DNA of 64,000 nt from Dehalococcoidia bacterium (GCA_965249275.1 CBDFLQ010000006.1:416001-480000), one strand, 5' to 3'. Shown: positions 48,775-58,520, numbered from the stretch's first letter. The notes: generated from the sequence alone by a model not told the origin. Numbers and translations: made by a program.

Positions 48775-49839
48775 CTAGCCCGAAAACGCCGGCAGCACTT
48801 CCTTGACCATCAGGTCTGCCGCCAACTTCTTCTCTCCTTCGACTTCGTCCACCGTCGGCCCGAGCACAACTATCCTGTCTATACCCAGGTCTAAAATCTC
48901 TTGGATTCGCCTGATGCACGTCTCTGGAGGCCCGACTATCGCAAATCGGTCCACAAACTCCGCGGGGGGAGCATCCGGAGTGGTGTGGTCCCGCATGTTG
49001 AAAGACTTATGCATCCCCGTCAGGACTTCCTGCTCCATCTGGGTAACCGGCCCGTACGTCTTCCCGTGCATCACGGAAAATCGGGCAAACGTGTCCAAGA
49101 ACGTTATCAACTCCCTCGCCACTTCCACTTCGGGATGACAGACAATATTTAGGTAAGCTCCGTATCGGATTCCGTCCGGGTCCAGCCCCGCCTCCCGACG
49201 CGCCGCTCGGGCCTGTTCCAGCCCCCACTTCAGCCTTCCTATGTCCGCCCCCAGGGCAAATGTGACAATGTCGGCATGTCTCGCCGCCGCCCCGATTACT
49301 TTTGGTCCGGACGCTGCGACGGCCACCGGTACTTTCTTGTCTTTGGGGTCGAGCCACTTGAGGCTGCTGTCATCAGGCGCGTCCGCCAGTTTGAGGGTAT
49401 CGACATGGGGCGCCATTCCTCGCCACTGTGTAAGCTCCTCAAAGGCCACGCTTCCCCCGCTGAGATAGGCTTGCAGGGCCTTCAGGTAATTCTCGAAGAA
49501 GTTGGAGTACACGGGTGCGTGTCCTACGAACGCCAGTGCTGAGTCTCCTCGCCCGATACCCAGCACCGCCCGACCCTCAGATGCCTCCTGAACGCTCGCA
49601 ATCGCCCCCGCAGTCACCGCCGGGTGTCGGGTCAGCGGATTGGTAACATCCGTGCTCAGCTCTACCCGTTCAGTCGCAGCCGCAGCCAGCGCCATCGAGA
49701 CGTATGTGTCCCCTCCCAAGTTCTGGGAATCGAAAAACCCGATACCGTGCCAGCCTGCCTCCTCCACACGTTTGGCATAGTCCACAGCTCGCCGAGTATT
49801 TGGGCTAACGGCCGTCAATATTTCTACTTTGTTATTCAT
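48775..49839 (-). CDS. LLM-class flavin-dependent oxidoreductase
   Basis: DSQNL, VTNPLTRHPAVTA, GRAVLGIGRGDS and AASGPK motifs. Confidence 0.92.
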   Translation of the reverse strand: MNNKVEILTAVSPNTRRAVDYAKRVEEAGWHGIGFFDSQNLGGDTYVSMALAAAATERVELSTDVTNPLTRHPAVTAGAIASVQEASEGRAVLGIGRGDSALAFVGHAPVYSNFFENYLKALQAYLSGGSVAFEELTQWRGMAPHVDTLKLADAPDDSSLKWLDPKDKKVPVAVAASGPKVIGAAARHADIVTFALGADIGRLKWGLEQARAARREAGLDPDGIRYGAYLNIVCHPEVEVARELITFLDTFARFSVMHGKTYGPVTQMEQEVLTGMHKSFNMRDHTTPDAPPAEFVDRFAIVGPPETCIRRIQEILDLGIDRIVVLGPTVDEVEGEKKLAADLMVKEVLPAFSG

Positions 49840-50001
49840 AACATCCCGATTCTACCCCATCCTGTCCACCGCCCTCCCAAGACTTGAAACAAGGCACATC
49901 GCCGAACCGCTTACCGGAGAGGAATAGAAGTAACGGGAAATGTGTTGAATCCGATATCAGACAGAGTCTGTCATACAGCCGGGCCCTGCGCCCGGTCTGT
50001 C

Positions 50002-51075
50002 CTAACCCGAAAACGCCGGAAGCACTTCCTTGACCATCAGGTCTGCCGCTATTTTCGCCTCATCCTCCACCGCGTCAACCGTCGGCCCATTAACTACGAT
50101 CCTGTCGATACCCAGGTCGATAACCTCCCGGATTCGCCTGATGCATTCCTCCGGTGGCCCGACTATCGCGAAACGGTCCACGAACCCCGCAGGCCGCGCG
50201 ATGCTCGAACTGTGTTCGCTCATATTGAACATCTTGAAGCCCTTGTGCAGACCCTTAAGCACTTCTTGGTCCTGCTTGGTCACGGGCCCATAAGTCTTGC
50301 CATGCATTACCGAAAAGCGGGCAGTCCCGTCCAGGTGGGGATATAACTTCCTCCCCACTTCCACGTCGGGATGACAAACAACAACTAGATAAGCTCCATA
50401 TCGGATGCCGTCAGGGTCTAGTCCAGCTTCCTCTCGGGCATCACGAGCCTGTTCCATCCCCCACTTGAACCTGTCAGGTTCGGCTCCCAGCGCTAACATC
50501 ACTATGTCGGCGTGGCGGGCCGCAGTTGCGATCACCTTAGGCCCGCTGGCCGCAACGGCTACGGGCGCCTTTTTGTCCTCCGGTTCCAACCATATCATGC
50601 GGCTGTCTTGCGGAGCCTCCGCCAGATTTAAGGTGTCCACGTGCGGCGCCATCCCCTTGCCGAAGGTTAGATCGTCGAATGGCACTCCTTCTCCCCTTAG
50701 GTAGGCCTGCAGAGCTTCGAGGTACCTCTCGAAGAAACTGGTGTACACCGGCGCATGGCCCACGTACGCCAGCGCCGAGTCCCCGCGCCCGATCCCGAGG
50801 ACCGCACGCCCACCCGACACTTGCTGCACACTCGCGATTGCACCCGCAGTAACCGCCGGGTGTCGAGTCAAAGGATTGGTGACATCTAAACTTATCCCTA
50901 TTCTCTCCGTCGCCATCGCGGCGATGGTCATCCCCACATAGCTGTCGGCAGTAAGGTTCTGAGAATCATATACGGATATGCCGTCCCAACCGGCTTGCTC
51001 GACCTTCCGGGCATACTCGGCAATCGGCCTCACCTCCGGCCCGACCGCCGTCAACATTTCAACTTTGCTACCCAT
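50002..51075 (-). CDS. LLM-class flavin-dependent oxidoreductase (tandem paralog)
   Basis: Same motifs as 48775..49839; ATG 51075 (MGSKVEML). Confidence 0.92.
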   Translation of the reverse strand: MGSKVEMLTAVGPEVRPIAEYARKVEQAGWDGISVYDSQNLTADSYVGMTIAAMATERIGISLDVTNPLTRHPAVTAGAIASVQQVSGGRAVLGIGRGDSALAYVGHAPVYTSFFERYLEALQAYLRGEGVPFDDLTFGKGMAPHVDTLNLAEAPQDSRMIWLEPEDKKAPVAVAASGPKVIATAARHADIVMLALGAEPDRFKWGMEQARDAREEAGLDPDGIRYGAYLVVVCHPDVEVGRKLYPHLDGTARFSVMHGKTYGPVTKQDQEVLKGLHKGFKMFNMSEHSSSIARPAGFVDRFAIVGPPEECIRRIREVIDLGIDRIVVNGPTVDAVEDEAKIAADLMVKEVLPAFSG

Positions 51076-51284
51076 CTCACCCCGATTATACCCTTTAATG
51101 TTCACGCCGAACCGGGTCCTGGGGCGAGAGGCTCTCGAAGTATGAGCGAGGAGAGCACGTCTTCACACTAGCCACATCGTTAAGAACTTCTCACCCCCGT
51201 TCACCCCTGCTTGCGCCCCTCGGCCTTTGGTGGGAGACTTTAAGTGCTGCTAGGGCCCCTGGGCTCTGGCAAATTTCGGGCCGA

Positions 51285-51369
51285 GCGGAAGTGTCGGAAT
51301 CGGTAGACGAGCATGATTTAGGATCATGTGCCTTCGGGCGTGTGGGTTCGAGTCCCACCTTCCGCACCA
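51285..51369 (+). tRNA. tRNA-Leu (TAG)
   Basis: GCGGAAG/CTTCCGC acceptor stem, CATGA-TT-TAG-GA-TCATG anticodon arm, long variable arm, GGTTCGAGTCC, CCA. Confidence 0.97.
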
Positions 51370-51454
51370 CCCAACCCCAACAAACCCAAACCTCCTAGTG
51401 AATGGGTGGAATAATCAACCCACCGTTTAATTGGTCCGGTCATGGAGGCGTGAA

Positions 51455-51814
51455 ATGGGCAACCAGGAAAGACGACCCGAGCTACAAGACTACGGGATAT
51501 CACGTAAGCAATACTTTGCGTACATCGGCAAAATCTCACGTAACCCCAATTGCGGGCACACTTGGGGAATGCCGATAATCGCGATAATTGTTGCTCTCAC
51601 CGTATTCTTCTTTGTAACTCAGGGAGTCTCGGAACTAGTCTTGGGTCTAGGGTTTGTGGCTCTCGTGGCAATCGTGACAATGTATGGAACATTCATTGAG
51701 CTTCTAAAGAGGCCCCTTTTGTTGAGAGGAGATGTCATTGATAGGATCAAACTGTTCGAGGATGCGAATAGGGCCTATGAGCTGAAAGACTGTGAAACTG
51801 AGGAATGGGATTGA
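51455..51814 (+). CDS. Hypothetical protein with two transmembrane helices
   Basis: GGAGG RBS before ATG 51455; two hydrophobic segments; AT-richer than the flanks. Confidence 0.6.
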   Translation: MGNQERRPELQDYGISRKQYFAYIGKISRNPNCGHTWGMPIIAIIVALTVFFFVTQGVSELVLGLGFVALVAIVTMYGTFIELLKRPLLLRGDVIDRIKLFEDANRAYELKDCETEEWD

Positions 51815-51832
51815 CCGTACTTCATCTCCAAA

Positions 51833-52312
51833 ATGACCCCTAGACGGAACACAACCTCTTGGGAGCTGGACCTTCACGGCTACACTTGGCCCGAAGCCCG
51901 CAGACTATTCGTCGATTTCTACAATCAAGCCCTCTCTTCAGGCAAGGGCCGGGTTGAACTCACGATAATTCACGGCTGGGGAGCATCCGGCCAGGGTGGA
52001 ACCCTACGCAGCCGACTGAGACATTTCCTCTCCGGCTTCCGAGATAGCCTCGAGTTCACGCCCGGTGAGGAAGTCGATGGTAACCGGGGCTGCACGTACA
52101 TCACGCCTCTGGAACATCTCCCCGACGCCAATAACCCCCTCGCCGAGGCAATCTGGGACTACTGCCAACGCCCCCGCGCAACAAGTAAGGTAATGGGCAG
52201 GTTCCGCCGCCACGGCGACCCCCAAGTCTTGGACGCCGTTCGCCACCTCAAAAAACAGGCCCGCCTCACCGAGACCCACAATGGCAAAACACCGATCTTA
52301 GAGTCGCGCTAA
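51833..52312 (+). CDS. Smr/MutS2-C domain protein with C-terminal extension
   Basis: ELDLHG, IIHGWGASG..LRSRLR and GNRGCT motifs. Confidence 0.85.
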   Translation: MTPRRNTTSWELDLHGYTWPEARRLFVDFYNQALSSGKGRVELTIIHGWGASGQGGTLRSRLRHFLSGFRDSLEFTPGEEVDGNRGCTYITPLEHLPDANNPLAEAIWDYCQRPRATSKVMGRFRRHGDPQVLDAVRHLKKQARLTETHNGKTPILESR

Positions 52313-52319
52313 GCCACCC

Positions 52320-52733
52320 TTAAAGCTGCCTCAGGCTGTGCACGGCATCCTGAGGACTGATCGCCGGAATCGGGGATTTTTTATAGTCTTTGAGGTTCCT
52401 GGTCACTATCCGGGTCGCCCCACACCCTCGCGCCGCAGCCACCTGCATCGCATCCTCGAAATCCTTCATGGGGAGAGAGGCTGCATAGCGCACCCCTTCG
52501 GTATCCGTAGTAGCAACATCCACAATGTGGGTCAGCTGCACTATGAAGTCGCGGGTGCTAATTCCCCCATGCCGCGGCGACACCAGGTAGTACAGGTTCG
52601 AAACGCTGTGCCACGCTATGCATGCCTTTTCATAGCCCAGTTCCACAAGGTCCAGCACCTGGGCGGCAGCTTCGGAGAAAGGCTCCCTATCCAGGGCCAC
52701 GTCAATGAGTACGTCGGTGTCGATGAGGATCAT
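52320..52733 (-). CDS. PIN-domain toxin (VapC-like)
   Basis: ILIDTDVLID, DFEDAMQ and IVTRNLKDY motifs. Confidence 0.9.
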   Translation of the reverse strand: MILIDTDVLIDVALDREPFSEAAAQVLDLVELGYEKACIAWHSVSNLYYLVSPRHGGISTRDFIVQLTHIVDVATTDTEGVRYAASLPMKDFEDAMQVAAARGCGATRIVTRNLKDYKKSPIPAISPQDAVHSLRQL

Positions 52734-52954
52734 CTAAGGTATTTGCGGGCAAGGGCTTCGTACCTCGGGTCTTCGCCCTCCGCTTGTCGGAACCGTCCCC
52801 TCCATCGGGAAGAGAATGTCGGCTCATATTTGACAGCGGCCTCCCTCAGTGACCTCTCTACAAGGGAAGATAGGGACTCCCCCCGGGAGTAGGCGTACTT
52901 CTTGGCCTTCGGTATTAGTTCCTCATCGATGGTTATGGTGAGTTTCTTTTTCAT
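52730..52954 (-). CDS. Antitoxin (DUF6364/RHH-like)
   Basis: KKLTITIDEELI.KAKKYA...SLSSLVE; ATGA overlap with the toxin gene. Confidence 0.88.
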   Translation of the reverse strand: MKKKLTITIDEELIPKAKKYAYSRGESLSSLVERSLREAAVKYEPTFSSRWRGRFRQAEGEDPRYEALARKYLR

Positions 52955-52974
52955 TTCCTTTTCTCCTGCCTACC

Positions 52975-53012
52975 GTATACGTATATTGTACACACGTATA
53001 CCACTTTTTCAA
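52975..53012 (-). promoter_or_regulatory. TA promoter with overlapping inverted-repeat operator
   Basis: TTGAAA-16 nt-TACAAT on the - strand; inverted repeat GTATACGT-11 nt-ACGTATAC (52975-53001) spans the -10 box. Confidence 0.65.
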
Positions 53013-53060
53013 CCCCAGCACTGATTTGGTGCGTGGGCCAAGGCAGGCCACCCCCGAGCC

Positions 53061-53906
53061 CTACTCCTGCTTCTTCACCCTGATCCCCCCGTACGTCTCC
53101 GCACGCCACTCGAGCGCCGGCCTCAGTCCCTTCTCCTCCACCATGTCGTAGAATTGCCGCACTTGGGGGGCCAGGTGTGTGAACGCAGAGTTCTCGACCG
53201 CCAGCCTCTGGGAAGCCACAAACCCCATGTTGTCCAGCACCTTGTTCACCAGCGACTTGTTCGGCTCCAGCAGGTCCAGCGGCAGCAGCGCAATCTTCTG
53301 CGCCAGCTTGTCCACCTCCGCCTCCAGCTCATCCGCCGGCACCGACTTAAACGTAAGCCCGATCCGTTCCGCCGTCTTCCCGTCTATGTTGTCGCCCGTC
53401 AGAAGGACATACTTCGCCCATTGCGGCCCGACAAGGTACGTCCACGCATGCCTGAGTACGCTCTGCATCCCCTTCACGTCCGGGCATCCTATCTGCGCAT
53501 CCTCCGCAGCCAGAATGAAATCGCACAGAAGGAACAGGTCCGTGGCCCCTGCCAGGAAGTAGCCGTGCACCTGGACGATTGTCGGCTTGCCGATGCCGCG
53601 GATCATATCAGCGGCATCGGTCCAGACTCTCGTAACCCTCTTGTAATCGTAAGCGGTCGTTACATCCGAAGTTCGGTTGGGCTGGTCTGGCGCCAGGTCC
53701 GCCCCTGCCGTGAAAGCCCTGCCGTTCCCCTTGATCACTATCACCCTCACCTCTCGGTCATCATCCATGCCCTTCAGCGCATCGACAATCTCGCCCACGA
53801 ATGCCTTGTTTAGCGCATTAAGCTTCTTTGGCCGGTTGAGTATCACGTACCCGATCCTGCTCTTTTTCTCCGTTAGAACGTACTCGTAGTCCACGTTTTC
53901 CTCCAT
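53061..53906 (-). CDS. Enoyl-CoA hydratase/isomerase family protein
   Basis: LNRPKKLNAL, AFTAGADL, KPTIVQVHG and LLTGD motifs. Confidence 0.92.
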   Translation of the reverse strand: MEENVDYEYVLTEKKSRIGYVILNRPKKLNALNKAFVGEIVDALKGMDDDREVRVIVIKGNGRAFTAGADLAPDQPNRTSDVTTAYDYKRVTRVWTDAADMIRGIGKPTIVQVHGYFLAGATDLFLLCDFILAAEDAQIGCPDVKGMQSVLRHAWTYLVGPQWAKYVLLTGDNIDGKTAERIGLTFKSVPADELEAEVDKLAQKIALLPLDLLEPNKSLVNKVLDNMGFVASQRLAVENSAFTHLAPQVRQFYDMVEEKGLRPALEWRAETYGGIRVKKQE

Positions 53907-53945
53907 TGCCTTATTCGGACTCTGAATCGTATTGGTCAGTTTCCT

Positions 53946-55097
53946 CTAGTTGCCATTCTTGTCCTGGAACCTCGGCACGACCTCTGTGCCAAACAACTCG
54001 ATACTCTCCATATACTGCTCGAAACTGATGAACGGAATGCTGGGGAAGATCTGGAAGTGCTGGAAGTTTATCTCCCTGTTCAGCCTGTCCAGCTGCTCCG
54101 CAATATGGTCGGGTGTTCCCACCATTATTACGTTGTGCTTCCACAGGAAGTCGAACCAGTCGCAGTTCAGGTCGTCGTTGTGCAGCGTCTCGCTCGACCC
54201 CAGCAGACCCTGCCGCACCCGACCCATGTGCGCCTCGATATTTCCGTACAGGTCGTTAATTCCCGGCCTGGCAATGCTGATGGCTTCCTCCATCGTCTTT
54301 GCGCAGAACGACATGAACTGGATGGAAGTCTTCTCTCCCAGCGGAAGACCATTGCCCGCACTTTCCGTGCCCTTCTTGTATGCCTCGAACCCGTCCCTGA
54401 TCCCTTCCAATGACCTCGCCGACCCCATCCCAAACAGCCCCCGAGCCCCAGCCACTTCCCATGACCGGTTGCTTGTCACCATCTGGGTGATCGGGGGATG
54501 CGGCTTCTGGTATGGCTTGGGCAGCACGGACACCTTAACCAGCTCGCCCTCAGGCGAGTAGTGCGGAGGAGTAAGAGGAACACCGGGATCGGTCTCCATC
54601 CAGCCCGGTAGGGGGATCGTGTAGAAACGGCCCTTGTGGCTGAATGCCTCTTCAGTCCACGCCTTTATGATTATGTCTAGAGACTCGGTGAACAGAGCGT
54701 AATTCTTTTCGTTGTTCCGCCGGTCGGCCTCCGGGTTTAACTGTGCCCCCCACCGACTGTTGAACCCCCTCCCAATCCCGAACTCGGCCCTCCCCAGCGT
54801 CATGTGGTCTAGGGTCGCTATGTCCTCGGCCACCCGGATCGGATGCCAGTCACAGATCGAGGTTGGGCTCTGTCCCACCTTCAGCGTCTTGGTGTGTAGG
54901 GCTATGTCTAGTCCCGTCATTATCGGGTTCGTGGCCGTCGAGAAGAAGCCGTCGTGCCAAAGGTGGTGCTCCGCCACCCACGCCGTCGTGAACCCTAACG
55001 CCTCCAGCGCCCGACCATACTCCCTGTACTCATCAACCTGGATGTGCCAGGGGATTACCTTTTTCGTATGCCAGAATATCGAGCTATCAAATCGCAT
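53946..55097 (-). CDS. LLM-class flavin-dependent monooxygenase
   Basis: WVAEHH, HPIRVAEDIATLDHMT.GR and PKPYQKPHPP motifs. Confidence 0.92.
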   Translation of the reverse strand: MRFDSSIFWHTKKVIPWHIQVDEYREYGRALEALGFTTAWVAEHHLWHDGFFSTATNPIMTGLDIALHTKTLKVGQSPTSICDWHPIRVAEDIATLDHMTLGRAEFGIGRGFNSRWGAQLNPEADRRNNEKNYALFTESLDIIIKAWTEEAFSHKGRFYTIPLPGWMETDPGVPLTPPHYSPEGELVKVSVLPKPYQKPHPPITQMVTSNRSWEVAGARGLFGMGSARSLEGIRDGFEAYKKGTESAGNGLPLGEKTSIQFMSFCAKTMEEAISIARPGINDLYGNIEAHMGRVRQGLLGSSETLHNDDLNCDWFDFLWKHNVIMVGTPDHIAEQLDRLNREINFQHFQIFPSIPFISFEQYMESIELFGTEVVPRFQDKNGN

Positions 55098-55161
55098 CTG
55101 TGACCTCTCCTTTGAGTTTTTGGGAGTGGATCGCTACCCTTGGAGATCTCTGAAAAGCTCC

Positions 55162-56232
55162 TTAATCCTCCGCCGGTTCCCCGAAGGTCAATGCCCGTTT
55201 CGGGTTGTCTACCAGCATTCGCCGAATCTCCTCTTCCTCGAAGCCCTTGGTCCGCATCCTGGGAACCATGTATTCGAGGAAGTAGCAATACCCTTGGCCC
55301 CCGTTCTTAACCAGTTGCTTCTTCTGAGCTATGTCATGCGACACCAGTAGTTGGCCCCCGTGCCCCTCGCTTATCAGCCATGCCATTATATTCAACCGCT
55401 GCGCGTCATTGAGGATGTCTATCTGAGGCGCCGCAGGAAAAAACGAGGCCTCCTCCCCAAAAAAGTCATACTCGAGAAAACATCCTGTCTCCGCCAGCTC
55501 CTTCAGCAGCTTCTTGTCGAATATCGTACGCTCCAGGTGCCCGACAATCACCCGCTTGGGATCGGCCCCCGACTCCACCAGGATCTCCATGATCTCCGCT
55601 GGGCTCGATTGGTCTCTGCCTGGGTGTATCAGGATTGGCGCTCCAGTCAGCCTATGCGCCCGAGCCGTGGCCCGTAGCACCTTCCGTTCGTTTGGGTGCA
55701 GCGGCCACGAACACCCCACCTCCCCCATTATCCCCGCCCGAATACCCGTGCCCCCCACCCCCCTCAGCACGTCTCCCACTATCTGTTCGGTCAGCGACTC
55801 CTCGCTCCTCTCATCCATGTCGGCCGGGTGCGTCGCCCCCACATAGAAGGAAGACCCCATGATCACGTGCACCCCCGTGGCCCGGGATATGCGGGTCAGC
55901 CCCACCGGGTCCCGACCGAGACCTATGTTCGTAGCATCCACCAGCGCCAAGCCACCGAACTCCTTATACAACCCCACTTCAGCGATGATGGTCCGGATGT
56001 CATCCAGCTTTGAATTGTCCTTGTTTACCCCCTGCCCGTGATGAACCCAACCCAGTATCTCGATGCTGAATGGAGCTTCGTATTTCCCCCTCTGGCTCGC
56101 CTCTTCCGGCACTTCGGACACCCCGTCGAACGACGATAGCAGGTGTTCGTGCGTCATCGTAACGCCCAGGTCCTCCGGCGCTATTGGCCCTAGTACCGTC
56201 TGCACCTTACCCCCCAGGCTCACACCGCTCAC
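55162..56232 (-). CDS. Phosphotriesterase-related (PTER/Php-like) hydrolase, copy 3
   Basis: THEHL, GRDP, GEVGCSWPL, IHPGR, GHLER and SHDI motifs. Confidence 0.92.
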   Translation of the reverse strand: MSGVSLGGKVQTVLGPIAPEDLGVTMTHEHLLSSFDGVSEVPEEASQRGKYEAPFSIEILGWVHHGQGVNKDNSKLDDIRTIIAEVGLYKEFGGLALVDATNIGLGRDPVGLTRISRATGVHVIMGSSFYVGATHPADMDERSEESLTEQIVGDVLRGVGGTGIRAGIMGEVGCSWPLHPNERKVLRATARAHRLTGAPILIHPGRDQSSPAEIMEILVESGADPKRVIVGHLERTIFDKKLLKELAETGCFLEYDFFGEEASFFPAAPQIDILNDAQRLNIMAWLISEGHGGQLLVSHDIAQKKQLVKNGGQGYCYFLEYMVPRMRTKGFEEEEIRRMLVDNPKRALTFGEPAED

Positions 56233-57293
56233 TGAGGCTCCACGAATGTCAGTGCCCGCCTGGGGTTGTCTACCAGAATCCGTTGAATGTCTTCTTCCTT
56301 AAAGCCCTTGATACGCATCCTGGGCACCATGTATTCGAGAAAATAGCAGTACCCTTGGCCTCCGTACTTCACCAAATGGGCCTTCTGAGCTATGTCATGC
56401 GACACCACTAGTTGGTCCCCGTGCCCCTCGCTTATCAGCCACTCCATCATGCTCAAACGCTGCGCGTCATTCATGATGTCTATGTGAGGTGCTGGCGGGT
56501 AGTACGAGACCTCCTGCCCGAAGATATCGTACTCCAGGAAGCACCCCGTCTCAGCCAACTCCTTCAACACTTTCTTGTCGAAGATAGTCCTGTCTAGGTG
56601 CCCGACGATCACCCGCTCGGGATCGGCGCCCGCCTCCACCAGGATCTCCATGATCTCTTCTGGGCACGATTGGTCCCTGCCGGGATGTATTAGGATCGGA
56701 GCCCCCGTCAGCCTCTGCGCCCGAGCCGTGGCGCATAACACCTTCCTTTCGCTAGGGTGCAGTGGCCACGAACACCCCACCTCCCCCAACACCCCTGCAC
56801 ATACGCCCGTGCTCCCCACCCCTCTCAACACGTCCCCCGCTATCTGCTCGGTCAGCGACTCCTCGCTCCTTTCCTCCATCTTCGCGGGATGCCTCGAAGC
56901 TACGTAGAAAGACGCACCCATGATGATATGCACACCCGTGGCCCGGGATATGCGAGTCAGCCCCACCGGGTCCCGACCAATACCTAGGCTCGTAGCATCC
57001 ACCAGCGCCGAGCCGCCGAACTGCTTGTACAGCCCCACTTCTTCGATGATGGTAGGAATGTCGTCCAGCCCGGAATTGTCCTTGTTTACGCCTCGCCCGT
57101 GGTGAATCCAGCCTAGAACCTCCAAATTGAACGGGGCTTCGTACTTCCCATTCTGGCTTGCCCCCTCCGGCACGCCGAACACCCCATCAAACGACCCTAA
57201 TACGTGCTCGTGCGTCATCGTAACGCCCAGGTCCTCCGGCTCTATAGGCCCAAGCACCGTCTGCACCTTACCTGCCAGGCTCACACCATTCAC
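56229..57293 (-). CDS. Phosphotriesterase-related hydrolase, copy 2
   Basis: THEHV, GEVGCSWPL, IHPGR, GHLDR and SHDI motifs; 4-nt overlaps on both sides. Confidence 0.92.
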   Translation of the reverse strand: MNGVSLAGKVQTVLGPIEPEDLGVTMTHEHVLGSFDGVFGVPEGASQNGKYEAPFNLEVLGWIHHGRGVNKDNSGLDDIPTIIEEVGLYKQFGGSALVDATSLGIGRDPVGLTRISRATGVHIIMGASFYVASRHPAKMEERSEESLTEQIAGDVLRGVGSTGVCAGVLGEVGCSWPLHPSERKVLCATARAQRLTGAPILIHPGRDQSCPEEIMEILVEAGADPERVIVGHLDRTIFDKKVLKELAETGCFLEYDIFGQEVSYYPPAPHIDIMNDAQRLSMMEWLISEGHGDQLVVSHDIAQKAHLVKYGGQGYCYFLEYMVPRMRIKGFKEEDIQRILVDNPRRALTFVEPQ

Positions 57294-58354
57294 TGAGGCT
57301 CCACGAATGTAAGTGCCCGCTTGGGATTGTCTACCAGGATCCGCCGAATATCCTCCTCCTCGAAGCCCTTGATCCGCATCCTCGGCACCATGTACTCCAG
57401 GAAATAGCAGTACCCGTGCCCCCCGTACTGCACCAGTCGATTCTTGCGAGCGATGTCATGCGAGACAAGAAGCTGTCCCCCGTGCCCCTCGCTTATAAGC
57501 CATGCCAGCATGTTCAGCCGTTGAGCATCGTTGGGCATGTCTATGTGGGGTGCCGCCGGATACAGAGAAGTCTCTTGTCCGAACACGTCGTACTCCAGGA
57601 AACACCCCGTCTCGGCAAGGTTCTTCAGCAGTTTCTTGTCGAAGATGGTCCTGTCCAGGTGCCCGACAATCACTCGCTTGGGGTCCGCCCCCGCCTCTAG
57701 CAGGATCCCCATAATCTCCGCCGGACTCGTCTGATCTCGACCCGGATGTATCAGGATCGGCGCCCCCGTCAACCTCTGCGCCCGAGCCGTGGCCCGTAGC
57801 ACTTTCCGCTCAGTGGGGCGCAGGGGCCATGTGCACCCCACCTCCCCCATGATCCCCGCCTTTATCCCCGTGCTCCCCACACCCCTCAGCACATCCCCGG
57901 CTATCTGCTCGGTCAGTGATTCCTCGCTTCGTTCGTCCATGTCCGCGGGATGCGTCACGCCCACGTAGAACGACGACCCCATGATAACGTGCACTCCCGT
58001 GGCCCGTGAGATACGTGTCAACCCCACCGGGTCCCGACCCAGCCCAAGGCTCGTCGCATCCACCAGCGCCGAGCCCCCAAATTCCTTATATAGCCCCACT
58101 TCCTTAACGATGGTGGGGATGTGGTCCAGCTTGGAATTATCCTTGTTGATTCCCCTTCCGTGGAGCAGCCAGCCGAGAATCTCGATGCTGAATGGAGCTT
58201 CAAACTTTGCCTTGAGGCTCGCCTCCGTCGGCTCCTTGTACACCCCGACCGTCGACACCAGCAGGTGCTCGTGCGTCATCGTCACGCCCAAGTCATCCGG
58301 GTTTATCGGCCCTAGAACCGTCTGCACTTTCCCAGCCAGGCTAACGCTGCTCAT
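57290..58354 (-). CDS. Phosphotriesterase-related hydrolase, copy 1
   Basis: THEHL, GEVGCTWPL, IHPGR, GHLDR and SHDI motifs. Confidence 0.92.
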   Translation of the reverse strand: MSSVSLAGKVQTVLGPINPDDLGVTMTHEHLLVSTVGVYKEPTEASLKAKFEAPFSIEILGWLLHGRGINKDNSKLDHIPTIVKEVGLYKEFGGSALVDATSLGLGRDPVGLTRISRATGVHVIMGSSFYVGVTHPADMDERSEESLTEQIAGDVLRGVGSTGIKAGIMGEVGCTWPLRPTERKVLRATARAQRLTGAPILIHPGRDQTSPAEIMGILLEAGADPKRVIVGHLDRTIFDKKLLKNLAETGCFLEYDVFGQETSLYPAAPHIDMPNDAQRLNMLAWLISEGHGGQLLVSHDIARKNRLVQYGGHGYCYFLEYMVPRMRIKGFEEEDIRRILVDNPKRALTFVEPQ

Positions 58355-58437
58355 ATACTGCCCTTCATACTAACTGTCATGCACCCTTGGATAAGGCTTT
58401 ACGCACCCTTCCCAGAGGAGCTTGTGGAGTTGTGCTG

Positions 58438-58520
58438 TCCCCTCTCCCTTGATGGGCCGTAGGTGCGCCCCAGGCGTGAGAGGGCTAGGGCCGTAGGCTC
58501 GCCGAGGAGAGTGAGGGTGA
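58438..58520 (+). repeat. Type-D repeat with two separate micro-insertions
   Basis: CCCTCTCCCTTGATGGG[58457-58478]AGAGGGCTAGGG[58491-58511]TGAGGGTGA; compare the empty copy at 6523-6560. Confidence 0.87.
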
